Notes: generated from the letters alone by a model not told the origin. DNA of 64,000 nucleotides from an uncultured Chloroflexia bacterium (GCA_963797095.1 CAWCNY010000007.1:96001-160000); one strand, 5' to 3'; positions 39,675-51,224 are shown, numbered from the stretch's first letter. Program-made: numbers and translations.

Positions 39675-41075
39675 CTATGGCCTGTAAATCCATGTCCTCC
39701 TGGTACTCACGATACCAACGTCATAACCCCCGGCGATCAGCACATCGCCATTCGACAGCCGCGTAGCCGTCTGGAAATACCTCGATGTGTCCAAAGCCCC
39801 CGCCGCTGCCGCGAACACCCCGTTGGCTGGATCGTACACCTCTACGTCGCTCCCACCACCAGACACGGCCACTTTGCCACCGGCGATTGTCGTAATTGCA
39901 CCCGCGAACTTAAAGCGCCTATCCTGCATACTCCCTGTAGTTGAAAATCGCCCCGTAGCCGGGTCGTAAATCTCTGCCTCCGAATACTGACCGCGCCAAT
40001 CGCGCCCATCCGCTCCCCCCAACACCAACACCCGCCCATCATCTAGCGCCACCTGCGCGTGCTTATGCCTCGGCACGCTCATACTCCCCGTGGTTGAGAA
40101 CCTCCGAGTGGCCGGGTCATAAATCTCGGCGGTGGCGAGCGCGGTGCCCACTTTCCCTCCGCCTGTGATCAGGACCCGCCCATCGGGCAAAAAACTCGCC
40201 CCCGACGTAGCCCTCCCTTCCAACAAATCTCCCGCCAGCGTGAACCTCCCTGTGGCCGGGTCATAGATTTCCGCGCTCTTCAACATCACACTTTCGTGCC
40301 CACCCTCGAAGCCTCCCGCGATCAGCACCTTCCCGTCGTTGAGCAGTGTGGCTGGAGCTCCGTTGCGCCCCTGGTTGAGGCTACCCACCATCACAAACTT
40401 GGCTGTGGCCGGGTCGTAGATTTCGGCGCTATCCATGTTATAATCCCAATCGCCTCCTACTACCAGCACCCTCCCGTCCTTAAGGAGCGTGGCCGTGTGA
40501 CATGCCCTCTCCCTGTTCAGCGATCCGGTAGGTGCAAACTCTCCCGTCGCTGGATCGTACAATTCGGCGTTCGCGCTGAAAACCCCATCGCGGATCATCC
40601 CACCCGCGATAAGCACCTTCCCGCTCCCAAGCAGAGTCGCGCTGTGGCACGACCTTTCGATAGCCATATCGGGACCGGCCACCACGTTCCCCGCCGTCAC
40701 ATGAGTCTTGTACTTCGCCCTGTACCGGAACGTGCCCAATTGCGACAACAGCACCCTGTATGGTTCGCTGTTCTCGGGGTGCTCCTCGAATACGGCACGC
40801 TCAAAGTACTGTACTGTATAGCTCTTCCCGTCGGTGGCCGACACTTCGCTCAACTCCTCCGAAATCGGATAGCCTTGCCTCTCTAAACCGCCGTTCGCCT
40901 CCCAGTACTCCAGAAACCTGCCCTCTACCGTCTTCCCCGTCTCGGGAAAGAGTCGGCTTCCCTACTGCGCCATCGCCAGTTGCGGCCCCGCTTCACCGCG
41001 CACCAGAGCGAGCGCAAAAGCGCTCAAAAGCACGCTCACAAGCAGCCTTACCACGCTAAATCGTCCCGGAGTCAT
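39675..41075 (-). pseudogene. Secreted Kelch-repeat protein with surface repeat; in-frame TAG at 40962-40964
   Basis: MTPGRF..AMAQ*GSRLFPETGKTV continues in frame into six Kelch units (H.ATLL.DG.VL..GG..AE.YDP). Confidence 0.85.
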
Positions 41076-41372
41076 AACTTTGCCCTCCCATAGCCCTTGC
41101 CATTGTTACCGGACCTACGGTCGTCGCTTATTACCCTTACCCCGCACTCACCTCATTAGTTCCGGTGTCAACGTCGCAACTCTTGCCCTTTTCGGTAGCA
41201 AATGAGCATTTATTGGGCAGAAATCGGGCTGGGCATCGTCGGATACACCGGGTAGACTGACTTTAGCTGCATTGGACAGGTGTGGCGAAGGGATGCTGAG
41301 AGCTTGTGGGACGCATTCCTATTTGGGCGCGTTTTGAGCCCGATACACCAGAGTTTGAGGAGGTGTCATTTT

Positions 41373-41666
41373 ATGTATACGGTGGTCAATCACTTGCACC
41401 TGGATGGTCCTATCGAGGCTTTCGTGCCCTCGCTGCAGTCGGAAGGGCTGCCTTTGCTGTCGTCGATGCCGGGGTTTCGCTCGTTCTACTTCGTGAGGGA
41501 AGGGGACGACCGCGCTATTGTGGTGATCATCTGGGACAGCCTGGAGGATGCGGTGGCGGGCGGCAAGGAGTTCGGCTCCACATGGTTCGCGCAGAATATA
41601 GCTCCGCATCTCGCCGGCGAGCAACAGCGCACGGTGGGGGAAGTGCTGGCGCATAAGAGTAGATAG
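41373..41666 (+). CDS. ABM-like dimeric alpha/beta-barrel protein
   Basis: GAGGAGG RBS; PGFRSFY..IIWDS.E.A. Confidence 0.75.
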   Translation: MYTVVNHLHLDGPIEAFVPSLQSEGLPLLSSMPGFRSFYFVREGDDRAIVVIIWDSLEDAVAGGKEFGSTWFAQNIAPHLAGEQQRTVGEVLAHKSR

Positions 41667-41674
41667 GGCGCGGG

Positions 41675-42460
41675 TCAGGTGACGTTGGTCTCGCCAACGT
41701 AGATAATACCGCCCTGCTCGAGGGTGTCGTCTTCGCAGGCGCGCACGATGGCGGCGGCCATATCGTCGATGGTGGGGAGCCAGCCGGCCACGCGGCGGCG
41801 CTCCTCCAGCAGGCCGCGGTCGGTGCGCTCCATCAGTTTGGGGGTGATGGTGCCTTCTACGAGGTCGCCGCTGACACGCACAAAGCGGATGCCGCGCCTG
41901 TCAAGCTCAGGGAGGAGGTTGAGGAGAGCCATCTCGCCTTCGTGTTTGCTGTGGGCCACCGCTTCGTAAACGGCATACTGGGAGACTTTGCCGTAGAAGT
42001 GCGCCCAGTGGCTGGTGACATAGACCACGCGCGAGCCGGGGGGCATAAGGGGTAGGGCGTGCTTAAGGGTCCACACCTGGGCTTCGCGATTCAGGAGGAG
42101 GGGGTAGTCGGGGTTCTCGGCAACCATCTCGCGCTCAAGGCCGCCCGAAGCGTTGAGTACGAGTATGTCGAGCCTCTCGAACTCTTCCTTTACGCGCTCC
42201 ATCATGGCCTCCACCTCTTTTTCGACGGTGATATCGGCTTGAATAAGGAGGGCACGCACCTCGTGGGCTTCGATGGCAAGCACCACTTCCTCGGCGCGAG
42301 ACGATTTGCTGCGATAAGTTACCACCATATCAGCGCCATGCTCGGCCATCAGGATGGCGGTGGCCGCGCCGATGCCCCTGGACGAGCCGGTTACGAGGGC
42401 GACCTTGCCGTGCAGGGGCTTATCTACCTGCGTTTCTTCTTGCGCGTGCGTCTCATCCAT
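41675..42460 (-). CDS. SDR-family oxidoreductase
   Basis: ALVTGSSRGIG, LNASGG, YEAVAHSK. Confidence 0.9.
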   Translation of the reverse strand: MDETHAQEETQVDKPLHGKVALVTGSSRGIGAATAILMAEHGADMVVTYRSKSSRAEEVVLAIEAHEVRALLIQADITVEKEVEAMMERVKEEFERLDILVLNASGGLEREMVAENPDYPLLLNREAQVWTLKHALPLMPPGSRVVYVTSHWAHFYGKVSQYAVYEAVAHSKHEGEMALLNLLPELDRRGIRFVRVSGDLVEGTITPKLMERTDRGLLEERRRVAGWLPTIDDMAAAIVRACEDDTLEQGGIIYVGETNVT

Positions 42461-43562
42461 CTTTGAGGGCCTTTAGCTCGGTCACTACGCGGCTGAGGAA
42501 GTCGTCGGCGTTGCGCACGATGCCGAACGCCTGGTGGGTGCCCCGGTCTACCAGTTTCTGGATCACCATCTCCTCCTGGTCAACCACGATTGTATAGACC
42601 GGCTCCATCTTGCCGTTGCGCTCTATGTAGGTTGGCATCATGTTGCCTGTGGCGATGGAGTGGAGCATGGTGGCAAGCATGACGACCAGGGTAGCGCCCG
42701 GCGTGAAGAAGCGCATCTTGTCCTGGGCCTCCAGCACGTCGGTAATCACGCCAGGCAGGGGGCCATCGTCGCGGATGGAGCCTGCCAGGATGAAGGGCAC
42801 CCCGTAGGTGACCAGCGCGTGCATGATACCGTCGGGGATGATGCCCGACTGGACCGCGCCAGCGATGCTCCCCGCGCGGCGCACGGTGTTGATGGCGTCC
42901 ATGTGGTGGCGATGCCCTCCTATCACGGTGTGCCCTTCGAGGTCCATGCCGAGAGCGGTACCGTAGAGGGCGAGCTCAAGGTCGTGCACAGCCACGGCGT
43001 TGCCGCCGAACACCGCGCCCACGTAGCCGTTCTCGATCAGCCAGGCCATGTGGTCGCGCCCGCCCGCGTGCACGACAGCGGGGCCAAGCACCCAGATGCT
43101 GCGCCCGTTGCGGCGCTTGTCCCATTCGAGTAGCTCGGCCAGGCGTCGGTAGTTGATGGGTCGCTCGCGCGATGCGCCGCTAGCCATGAAGGTGAAGGCC
43201 TCGCCCGTGGAGGTGGTGGTGCCGAAGCCGTTGTGATGCACCAGCAGGCCGGTATTGCCGTCCTCCTGGGTGCCTGTAACGACCGATTGCCCGGCGCGCA
43301 CCTTACGCATCTCGGTGCAGACGAACTCCTGGGCTTTGTCATCCCAGATGAGAAGGGCATCCATCCTGGGCTTCCTGGCGAGCAGCCATTTGCCGCCACG
43401 CTTGACATAGGTGGGGAAGTTGGTGGAGGAGTAGAAGGCGGTGGGTGCAAGGCCATCCGCGCTGGCAAGTTCGACGGCAGCGTCGGGCGCATCGGCCAGA
43501 TGAGGCTGGCTGAAGTCGGGTGGGGTGTAGGTCAGGTCAAAATCGTATTTGCGTTGCGACAA
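42453..43562 (-). CDS. TIGR00300-like protein (ornithine cyclodeaminase / ArgZ-AgrE C-terminal-like)
   Basis: P..FYSSTN.PT, GGNAVAVHDLE..YGT.LG, LAGSIRDDGPLP, TMLHSIATGNM, KL.DRG. Confidence 0.8.
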   Translation of the reverse strand: MSQRKYDFDLTYTPPDFSQPHLADAPDAAVELASADGLAPTAFYSSTNFPTYVKRGGKWLLARKPRMDALLIWDDKAQEFVCTEMRKVRAGQSVVTGTQEDGNTGLLVHHNGFGTTTSTGEAFTFMASGASRERPINYRRLAELLEWDKRRNGRSIWVLGPAVVHAGGRDHMAWLIENGYVGAVFGGNAVAVHDLELALYGTALGMDLEGHTVIGGHRHHMDAINTVRRAGSIAGAVQSGIIPDGIMHALVTYGVPFILAGSIRDDGPLPGVITDVLEAQDKMRFFTPGATLVVMLATMLHSIATGNMMPTYIERNGKMEPVYTIVVDQEEMVIQKLVDRGTHQAFGIVRNADDFLSRVVTELKALKDG

Positions 43563-43584
43563 AGCTGGCTCCAGGCGTGGTTAG

Positions 43585-43857
43585 TTATGAACTAGCAGAG
43601 ATTAAAGGTTCCATGCGCTTTATCTGGCTCAAGCGCGTAGCGAAAACCAAGACCGCAGGAAGGTCATCGCGCTCCAAATCCTCATAGTCGGCCAGGATGT
43701 CGTCAGTGCTCATTCCTGAACTAAGCAACTCAAGCAATACCTCAACAGGATAGCGAAGCCCACGAATGCAAGGCTTGCCGTGGCAAATATCAGGATCAAT
43801 TGTTATGCGATCTAGTAATGACAATTTTATCTGCCTTTCGTAAGCAACAGAGGCCAC
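43585..43857 (-). CDS. DUF433 (VapB45-like antitoxin) protein
   Basis: RITIDP.ICHGKPCIRG.R.PV, IL.DY..L...D. Confidence 0.88.
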   Translation of the reverse strand: MASVAYERQIKLSLLDRITIDPDICHGKPCIRGLRYPVEVLLELLSSGMSTDDILADYEDLERDDLPAVLVFATRLSQIKRMEPLISASS

Positions 43858-43885
43858 TCTGCATTTATATCACAATCCCTGCACG

Positions 43886-45550
43886 TTACTCCTGCATCGG
43901 CACGCGAATGCCGAACCGCTGTGCGGCCTCCAGGGCTTCGTCGTAGCCCGCGTCGGCGTGGCGGATTATGCCCATGCCGGGGTCGGTGGTCAGCACGCGT
44001 TGCAGGCGGGCGTCGGCGGCTTCGGTGCCGTCTGCCACTATCACCTGGCCCGCGTGGATGCTGTAGCCGATGCCCACCCCTCCCCCGTGGTGGACCGATA
44101 CCCAGGTCGCGCCGCCGACCGCGTTGATCAGCGCGTTCAGGATCGGCCAGTCAGCGATGGCGTCGCTGCCGTCCTTCATCGACTCGGTCTCGCGGTTGGG
44201 CGAGGCCACGCTCCCCGCGTCGAGGTGGTCGCGGCCTATGACTATGGGCGCGCTCAGTTCGCCGTCGCGCACCATCTTGTTGACCACAGCGCCGAAGTGG
44301 GCGCGCTCGCCGTAGCCGAGCCAGCAGATGCGGGCGGGCAGGCCCTGGAACTTGACGCGCTCGCGAGCCAACTTGATCCAGCGCACCACGGATTGGTTGT
44401 CCGCGAACTCGCGCAGCACCATATCATCGATCCTGTAGATATCCTCCGGGTCGCCTGAGAGGGCGGCCCACCTGAAAGGCCCCTTCCCCTCGCAGAAAAG
44501 GGGACGGATGTAGGCGGGCACGAAGCCGGGGAAATCGAAGGCGTTGGTCACGCCCTGCCCGTAGGCTTGCTGGCGGATGTTGTTGCCATAGTCGAACACC
44601 ACCGCGCCCATCTTTTGCAGGTCGAGCATGGCGCGCACGTGCAACGCCATCGAAGCGAGCGATTTACGCACGTACTCGTCGGGGTCGCTGGCGCGCAACG
44701 CGGCCGCCTGCTCCACGTCGTAGCCTGTGGGCACGTAGCCGTTGAGGGGGTCGTGCGCCGAGGTCTGGTCGGTGACGAGGTCGGGCACCCTGCCGCGCCG
44801 CACCATTTCGGGGTAGATGTCGGCGGCGTTGCCCAGCAAACCGATGGATAGGGGCTTGCGCTCTTTGATGGCGGCATCCGCCAGCGCGAGGGCTTCATCG
44901 AGCGTTTCGGCTGAGGTATCGAGATAGCGGGTATCGAGCCTGCGCCGGATGTGGGTGGGGTCAACCTCCACGCAGAGAGCCACCCCGCCGTTCATCGTGA
45001 CGGCGAGCGGTTGGGCACCACCCATCCCACCCAAACCTGCGGTCAGAATGAGCTTGCCCGCAAGGTCGGCCTCGAGACCGTAGTGCTTGCGAGCGGCCTG
45101 CGCGAAAGTCTCGTATGTGCCCTGGAGGATGCCCTGCGTGCCGATGTATATCCAGCTACCGGCGGTCATCTGGCCGTACATGATCAGGCCCTCGGCCTCC
45201 AGTTTGGAAAAGACTTCGCGGGTGGCCCAGTGGGGCACGAGGTTGGAGTTGGCGATCAGTACGCGTGGCGCGTCGGGGTGGGTCTTGAAGACGCCCGCGG
45301 GCTTGCCGCTCTGCACCAGCAGGGTCTCGTCGTTTTCAAGCTCGCGCAGGCATGCTATGATCTTGTGGAAGGCGGGCCAGTTGCGGGCCGCTTTGCCTCG
45401 GCCACCGTACACAACAAGGTCCTGCGGACGCTCGGCCACTTCGGGGTCGAGGTTGTTCATCAGCATCCGCATGGCCGCTTCCTGAAGCCACCCCTTCGCG
45501 CTAAGTTGGGTGCCGCGTGGGGCGCGAATTGTTTGTTCAAGAGTCTTCAT
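43886..45550 (-). CDS. hutU: Urocanate hydratase
   Basis: [55 protein letters not shown]. Confidence 0.98.
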   Translation of the reverse strand: MKTLEQTIRAPRGTQLSAKGWLQEAAMRMLMNNLDPEVAERPQDLVVYGGRGKAARNWPAFHKIIACLRELENDETLLVQSGKPAGVFKTHPDAPRVLIANSNLVPHWATREVFSKLEAEGLIMYGQMTAGSWIYIGTQGILQGTYETFAQAARKHYGLEADLAGKLILTAGLGGMGGAQPLAVTMNGGVALCVEVDPTHIRRRLDTRYLDTSAETLDEALALADAAIKERKPLSIGLLGNAADIYPEMVRRGRVPDLVTDQTSAHDPLNGYVPTGYDVEQAAALRASDPDEYVRKSLASMALHVRAMLDLQKMGAVVFDYGNNIRQQAYGQGVTNAFDFPGFVPAYIRPLFCEGKGPFRWAALSGDPEDIYRIDDMVLREFADNQSVVRWIKLARERVKFQGLPARICWLGYGERAHFGAVVNKMVRDGELSAPIVIGRDHLDAGSVASPNRETESMKDGSDAIADWPILNALINAVGGATWVSVHHGGGVGIGYSIHAGQVIVADGTEAADARLQRVLTTDPGMGIIRHADAGYDEALEAAQRFGIRVPMQE

Positions 45551-46611
45551 TGACTTGCTCTCCTGACGTTCTGTACTTCACACTCGTACTGCGAAGAAGC
45601 TTGCTTGACGCTATAACCTACCAATTCGTAGAGGTGATTGGCCCCCGTCGCGCTGCTAGCGTCTACGTTCAAGTATACGTCTTCCACCCCGGCCTCGCGC
45701 AACGATTGGAGCGACCGCAGCAAAAGATTGCGAGCAAGACCCCTGCCACGCCACTCGCGCAGCGTGCCCACATAGGTTATTAGGGCATCGGCTGCACCTG
45801 TCTCTTTGTTCTTGACAGCCCCCACATCTACGATGCAGACCGACACTATCTGCCTGGTATTATCACCCTCGGCGACCCACGAAAGCTCAGGGCGGAGGGT
45901 ATCGACGTTATCCCAGTGCTGCCACTCTTGCGCGAACACATCTTTATTGAAGTCGTAATGGTCGGCGAAGGAAGCAAGAGCCGCCTGCCGCACGCCTGCA
46001 TTGTCGTCGGGCTTTCTGTATGTATGGAAGCTCACCCCCTCCACAGCGGCGGGCTCAAGGATCGGGTCAGACGTGGTGCGGTGCATCCAGTACCAGCGGC
46101 GCTCCTCCTGCATGCCAAGCCACCGCCAGAGGGCGATCCCGTTGGTGCTGGAATCAAATGTATAGGCTCGCACCAGCACGCGCCGCCCTGGGAGCACCAC
46201 TCCTTCCTCGCGCTTCCGCTCTTCTTCGGAATCGACTATCGCCAGCAACTCGCGAGCCGTGTCGCGCTCCGTCAGGCTGTCACGCAGGGAGGGGTGCACC
46301 CGGAAGGCAAGCTCGTAGACGCACTCGTTCGTTTCCGTATTTTCGATGGGGAAGGCGCGGCCCGTGCCGAGCAGCGCGCCCGTGGGCAAGCCTTCAGGGA
46401 GTGGCCCATCCACCACGACCACATGGCGCTGCGGGTCGCGGCCCGGCTGGTTGTACATCCGCTCATAATCCGCCTCCGTCATCTGCCAATCGTCGGTGGT
46501 GGCGCTGACGGCATTGGCCAGGGCTACCAGGGCGGGGATATCGCCCTGTCGGTAGAGCCGTATCGACCATTCGGCATCGTGCTGCGCTTCGTTACCTGCC
46601 ATATGTGCCAA
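45547..46611 (-). CDS. Tandem-GNAT acetyltransferase (paralog 3)
   Basis: [31 protein letters not shown]. Confidence 0.88.
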   Translation of the reverse strand: MAHMAGNEAQHDAEWSIRLYRQGDIPALVALANAVSATTDDWQMTEADYERMYNQPGRDPQRHVVVVDGPLPEGLPTGALLGTGRAFPIENTETNECVYELAFRVHPSLRDSLTERDTARELLAIVDSEEERKREEGVVLPGRRVLVRAYTFDSSTNGIALWRWLGMQEERRWYWMHRTTSDPILEPAAVEGVSFHTYRKPDDNAGVRQAALASFADHYDFNKDVFAQEWQHWDNVDTLRPELSWVAEGDNTRQIVSVCIVDVGAVKNKETGAADALITYVGTLREWRGRGLARNLLLRSLQSLREAGVEDVYLNVDASSATGANHLYELVGYSVKQASSQYECEVQNVRRASQ

Positions 46612-46631
46612 CCTCTTATATAATCACAGCC

Positions 46632-47645
46632 TTATGCCGTCAATTCATCGAGCGGCGCTCTGTAGTTCAGCCACACATCGTGCACTCCGAACCCAACCAA
46701 CTCGTACAGCCTGTTCGCGCCTGTGAGGCTGCCGGTGTCCACGCCGAGCGCGCCTGTGTCGAACCCTGCCTCTTTGAATGTTTGGAGCGCCCTCGCTATC
46801 AGACCGCGCGCTACGCCCTTGCCGCGCCAATCCCTGACCGTGCCGAGCAGTTCGATCCACGCCCAGTTGCGCCCAAGCTGCTCGTTCTCGCTGGCGTATA
46901 CCGATGCCAGGCAGAAGCCCGCCAGCCTGCCGCCCTCGCCATCTATCTCGGCCACCCACGACATATCGAGACGCATTACCTGGCGCTCCAGGCGGTGCTG
47001 CCACGCTTCGACGCTGCTGGCGTGCGACCCGAAATGGTCGCGAAACGAGTCGTTGTACGCCTCGCGGCTTGGCTCGTCGTCGCGCACAGGCTCGAACTTC
47101 CTGAAGAGCACTCTCTCAACATGCTTCGGCTCTTCGATGCTATCAAGCGGGCGCGACATCATATAGAAGCGGCGCTCTTCTCGCAGTCCCAGGCTCTCGT
47201 AAAACTCCTGCCGCCACACGCTTCTCGGAGAAAGGAAGTCTCTCACCTCCACCTCGCTCGCCGCCGCTCGATCGGGGTCGCTCTCGATGCTCCGTATGAT
47301 CTCGATTAGCTTGCGGGCGATTGTGCGCGGCAATTCCGTCGCCCGCATTGCCGGATCGACGTCCATGCTCAGCGAATAGGTGCGACTGTTGTCGTCGGGG
47401 TTGTCGCGCATATGCACCGAGCCGAACCCTATAATGGCTTCTTCGGCCGGATCTTCGGCATTCAGACCTTCGACAACTAATGCCTGCCGTTCCACGTCGA
47501 AGCCGGGGCCGCTGACCATGCCCTCGACATCTTCTTCGCCGTACGCAATTTCAACGCTATCGGCCTCGAAGCCCGCGTTGAAAATAGCGGCAACCCCGTC
47601 AAGATCGCCCTCACGGTATGGGCGCATATGCCACCCGGACTCCAT
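46632..47645 (-). CDS. Tandem-GNAT acetyltransferase (paralog 2)
   Basis: SFRDHF, LGTVRDWRGKGVA, LGVD..S.TGANRLYE. Confidence 0.88.
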   Translation of the reverse strand: MESGWHMRPYREGDLDGVAAIFNAGFEADSVEIAYGEEDVEGMVSGPGFDVERQALVVEGLNAEDPAEEAIIGFGSVHMRDNPDDNSRTYSLSMDVDPAMRATELPRTIARKLIEIIRSIESDPDRAAASEVEVRDFLSPRSVWRQEFYESLGLREERRFYMMSRPLDSIEEPKHVERVLFRKFEPVRDDEPSREAYNDSFRDHFGSHASSVEAWQHRLERQVMRLDMSWVAEIDGEGGRLAGFCLASVYASENEQLGRNWAWIELLGTVRDWRGKGVARGLIARALQTFKEAGFDTGALGVDTGSLTGANRLYELVGFGVHDVWLNYRAPLDELTA

Positions 47646-48706
47646 CAGAGTTTCACGCTCTCAAGGGGCGCTTCATATGCGAACTCGCGCACGCGGATGC
47701 GGAAGCCAACCAATTCGTAGAGGCGGTTCGCACCTGTGGGACTGGTCGAGTCGACGCCGAGGAGGGCGGTGTCCATGCCCGCATTCTTGAGGGAGAGGAG
47801 GCCGTGCAATATGAGGGCTCGGCCCAGGCCAACCCGCCGCCAGTTGCGGGTGGTGCCCAGGAGATCGATCCAGGCCTCCTTTACACCTCGTAGCTCGTTA
47901 TCTTCAACATCGACGCTGTTTATGCAGAAACCGGCAAAGGTGCCCGGCTCGGCATCCACTTCGGCCAGCACAGAGAGGTCGGGGCGAGTGGTCCCTTGCG
48001 AAGACCAGTGCTCCCAATCCTCGCTATCGATCGGGTGGTGGTCCCAGTGGTCGGAGAAGGAGTCGTTGAAAGCGATGCGCGCCCCCTCGCTGTCTTGCGG
48101 GTAATTGAAGGGGTGGATGGTCACGCCATCCACCAATGGAGGCTCGTCGATGGGGTCGTGCAGGGGGCGCGCCATCGTCCAGAACTGCCGCACCTCGCGC
48201 AAACCCATTTCATGGAACAGGGCGCGCTTGTACGATATCGGCTCAAGGGTGCCTGCCTTGATGAGGCGCTTGTCCATAGGTTTCATGGTGGGGTCGCTCT
48301 CATAGCCGCGCACGATCTCCATCAGCTTGCGTACCAGAATACGCTCAAGGCCAAGCCCCTCGGCACCCTTATGCACCGCGAAGTTCAGGTAGTACATACG
48401 CTCGCCGGTGTCCTCGTCTTCCTCGTATCGGAGGCTGGCATGGCCCAGGTGCATATTGTGGGGCACACCCGGGATGTGCGGGCCATCGACCACCAGGCGC
48501 TGCCGGGCAGGGTCGGAGCGTGGAGAGGTAAGGTACGATCTCAGTATCGACTCGCTAAGCGATTGCTCTATCCTATAGGCATTGTAGACCGAATTGTAGA
48601 GGGCGACCACAGCCGGCACATCGCTATCGGCGAACGGCCTTATATGCCAGTCGATATTGTTGTCTGTGCCTTCGGTGGGGGTATCCTGGATCGAAACGTC
48701 GGACAA
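47645..48706 (-). CDS. Tandem-GNAT acetyltransferase (paralog 1)
   Basis: SFSDHW, LGTTRNWRRVGLG, LGVDS.SPTGANRLYE. Confidence 0.88.
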   Translation of the reverse strand: MSDVSIQDTPTEGTDNNIDWHIRPFADSDVPAVVALYNSVYNAYRIEQSLSESILRSYLTSPRSDPARQRLVVDGPHIPGVPHNMHLGHASLRYEEDEDTGERMYYLNFAVHKGAEGLGLERILVRKLMEIVRGYESDPTMKPMDKRLIKAGTLEPISYKRALFHEMGLREVRQFWTMARPLHDPIDEPPLVDGVTIHPFNYPQDSEGARIAFNDSFSDHWDHHPIDSEDWEHWSSQGTTRPDLSVLAEVDAEPGTFAGFCINSVDVEDNELRGVKEAWIDLLGTTRNWRRVGLGRALILHGLLSLKNAGMDTALLGVDSTSPTGANRLYELVGFRIRVREFAYEAPLESVKL

Positions 48707-48818
48707 GGGAACACCTCTGCTCAGTTGTATTCGTTAAAGGACTGTATAATAGGCATGATAGGCATACCGGCACTGGTCCAACCGACATTGTATCATATCG
48801 TTCTCAGGGGTAACAATC

Positions 48819-50369
48819 GTGCGTGCTCTTTTGCGCCTTGCGCTTTCATTATTCGCTGTAACTCTAATACTCCTCGATTTCGGCCTCCCCATCAGCGGTC
48901 AGGTGGTGGATTTCCAGGGTCACACGGCCCTGGCCCAAACACATACGCTGCAACCGGCAGCCGCACAGCCCTACACGGGCGACCCGCTTGAGCCGAGGCC
49001 CGCGCCCATTACGCCCGCGCCTTACACAAGGTATTACACCGAGACGGGGCACTACCTTGGCGGCGAGTTCCTCGACTACTACAACGCCAACCCGAAGGCC
49101 GCCGAACTGTTCGGCCTGCCCATAAGCGAGGAGTTCCCACAGCAGTTCAACAACGGCGCTATCTTCTATGTGCAATATTTCGAGCGTGCGCGCCTGGAGT
49201 GGCATGAGGATCTGCCCGAAGGACAACGCGTGCAGTTGGGGAGCCTATCACGCGAGGTGCTGGGCAGCAAGACCTTCGAGCGGATGCCCGCCGGTGAGAG
49301 CAGCGACAACAGCATTTATTTGCCCGAGACGGGGCACACGGTATCGAACGGGTTCCTCAATTACTGGCGAGATAACGGTGGGCTTGCGGTGTTCGGCTAC
49401 CCGATCAGCGAGGAAACCGTCGAGGATGGGCTGAACGTCCAGTGGTTCGAGCGCGCGCGGTTCGAGTTCTACAAGGCGTTCGACGGCACGGCCTACGGCG
49501 TGCAACTATCGCCGCTGGGGTACCTGGCGCTGAAGGCGAGCAACTTCAACCTGCCTATGGGCACGCTGGTGCGCTTCAACCCGCCCCGCGTGGCCGAGGG
49601 CCATACCACCACTCTCACGGTGGGCGCAACTTCGGGAGTAAGCGTTACGGGCACGTACGAGGGGCGCGAATTGCTCTTCCAGCAAGACTCGGCGCGAGGG
49701 ATCGCGTGGGCCTTGATCGGTACGGAGCCGTTCGAGGATACAGGGGCGCACCCGGTTACGATCAACCTCCAGAACGGGGATGGAGGCAAAAGGACAGTGA
49801 CGCGCAACCTGGCAACGGATCCCTACCCTTACCCCAGCGAATCGCTGCAATTCGACCCCGCGACGGCCGCCCTGCTCGACCCATCTATCACCACGCCGGA
49901 GAGCGATCTCCTTGATCAGATTTTCTCGAAGCGCACGCCCACGCAATACTGGCAGGGAACGTTCCGGATGCCGCTGGATGGGCCTATCCGTATCACGTCC
50001 TATTTCGCCACGCGCCGGTGCTACAACTGCCCGGATGGCTCTGCGCCCACCACCTACCACGGTGGTATGGATATGGCCGCCGTTGAAGGGACTGAGGTAC
50101 ACGCGCCGGCAGATGGGGTGGTGGTGTTCGCGGGCAAGCTGCAAGTGCGAGGCAACGCGATCATTATCGACCACGGCATGGGGGTATTCTCGCTCTTCGC
50201 GCACAACTCGCGATTAATCGCTACTGTGGGGCAGATGGTCAAGAAAGGGGATGTTATTTCCCTCTCAGGAAATACGGGCCTATCGAACGGCCCGCACCTG
50301 CACTGGGAGCTACACGTCAGCGGCCCCCCGGTCGAGCCTCGGGAATGGGTGGCGCGAGCCCTCCCCTGA
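48819..50369 (+). CDS. M23 metallopeptidase with Chloroflexota surface repeats
   Basis: HGGMD, GNAIIIDHG, GPHLHWE; ETGH..GYPISEE..QWFERAR repeats. Confidence 0.93.
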   Translation: MRALLRLALSLFAVTLILLDFGLPISGQVVDFQGHTALAQTHTLQPAAAQPYTGDPLEPRPAPITPAPYTRYYTETGHYLGGEFLDYYNANPKAAELFGLPISEEFPQQFNNGAIFYVQYFERARLEWHEDLPEGQRVQLGSLSREVLGSKTFERMPAGESSDNSIYLPETGHTVSNGFLNYWRDNGGLAVFGYPISEETVEDGLNVQWFERARFEFYKAFDGTAYGVQLSPLGYLALKASNFNLPMGTLVRFNPPRVAEGHTTTLTVGATSGVSVTGTYEGRELLFQQDSARGIAWALIGTEPFEDTGAHPVTINLQNGDGGKRTVTRNLATDPYPYPSESLQFDPATAALLDPSITTPESDLLDQIFSKRTPTQYWQGTFRMPLDGPIRITSYFATRRCYNCPDGSAPTTYHGGMDMAAVEGTEVHAPADGVVVFAGKLQVRGNAIIIDHGMGVFSLFAHNSRLIATVGQMVKKGDVISLSGNTGLSNGPHLHWELHVSGPPVEPREWVARALP

Positions 50370-50441
50370 TCTACAATATACGCCGCCAGCCTCTCCCACA
50401 CTGAGTCTCCTGTGCGCCTATATCCTCTTAATAGTGGTCCG

Positions 50442-50529
50442 CGACATCCTGAGCATAGCGCCTTGGAAGTAAGCGTATACATCAACTTCCCCCTGTGCCC
50501 TGTCATCCTTCACTTCGTTCAGGATGACA
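50442..50529. repeat. Degenerate REP-like element (G[T/A]CATCCTGA..TCAGGATGAC)
   Basis: GACATCCTGAGC at 50442 and GTCATCCTTCACTTCGTTCAGGATGAC at 50502-50528. Confidence 0.5.
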
Positions 50530-50548
50530 ACCTCTTTGCAGAAACGCC

Positions 50549-50595
50549 GCACTCGGCACTCGGCACTCGGCACTCGGCACTCGGCACTCGGCACT
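50549..50595. repeat. Heptamer array (GCACTCG) x ~6.5
   Basis: Directly visible. Confidence 0.95.
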
Positions 50596-50617
50596 GACAA
50601 CCGACAACAAAAAAATA

Positions 50618-50681
50618 CCCGAAAGTACATCCCAGAAAGAGTCCAGTTTTGCCCTCCAACTGCCATTTAGTCAGTGAAGGG
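50618..50681 (+). repeat. Bipartite dispersed motif, copy 3
   Basis: CCCGAAAGTACATCCCAGAAAGAGTCCAG..TGCCATTTAGTCAGTGAAGGG. Confidence 0.7.
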
Positions 50682-50717
50682 CAAAAATAACCCTGAAAAT
50701 CCGCAAAAGAAAGGAGA

Positions 50718-51224
50718 TCAAAAATCGTGCGGAGTGTGAACAGATACCGCGTAGTCGCAGGCAGCGTCCCACGGCTCGCGTGCCCAGCCAGCATAGCGGG
50801 CTTGTAAACGCAGACCGGCGGCGTGCGCAAGCCTATCGAAATCGTCCAGTTGCAGGCGGCCCATGCTCAGGTAGAAGCCTGTTATCAGGCTGCCGCCGGG
50901 AGCTAGATGCAGAGCCATGTTTTGTAGGGCAAGCTCCTCGCTCCCTTTCGCAAGAAAGAGCATCACGTTGCCAGCCAGCACTATAGCATCGAAGCGACGT
51001 TCCAGGCGCACGCGGCATATATCGCCCAACCGCCAGGAAAGTTGAGGAGCAGCAAGGCTGGCCCGCACCAGCATTGCCGTGCTGATGTCGATCCCGACAA
51101 CATCAAGGCCGCGCCGCGCAAGCTCTATAGCCACCCGCCCGGTGCCGCAACCCGCATCCAACACGGATCGGGGCGACGGTTGCAGGGATTGTATGAAATC
51201 CGCTTCGGCGGTGCCGTCCAGCAT
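50718..51224 (-). CDS. Short class I SAM-dependent methyltransferase
   Basis: VLDAGCGTGRVA, FDAIVLAGNV, HLAPGG. Confidence 0.85.
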   Translation of the reverse strand: MLDGTAEADFIQSLQPSPRSVLDAGCGTGRVAIELARRGLDVVGIDISTAMLVRASLAAPQLSWRLGDICRVRLERRFDAIVLAGNVMLFLAKGSEELALQNMALHLAPGGSLITGFYLSMGRLQLDDFDRLAHAAGLRLQARYAGWAREPWDAACDYAVSVHTPHDF

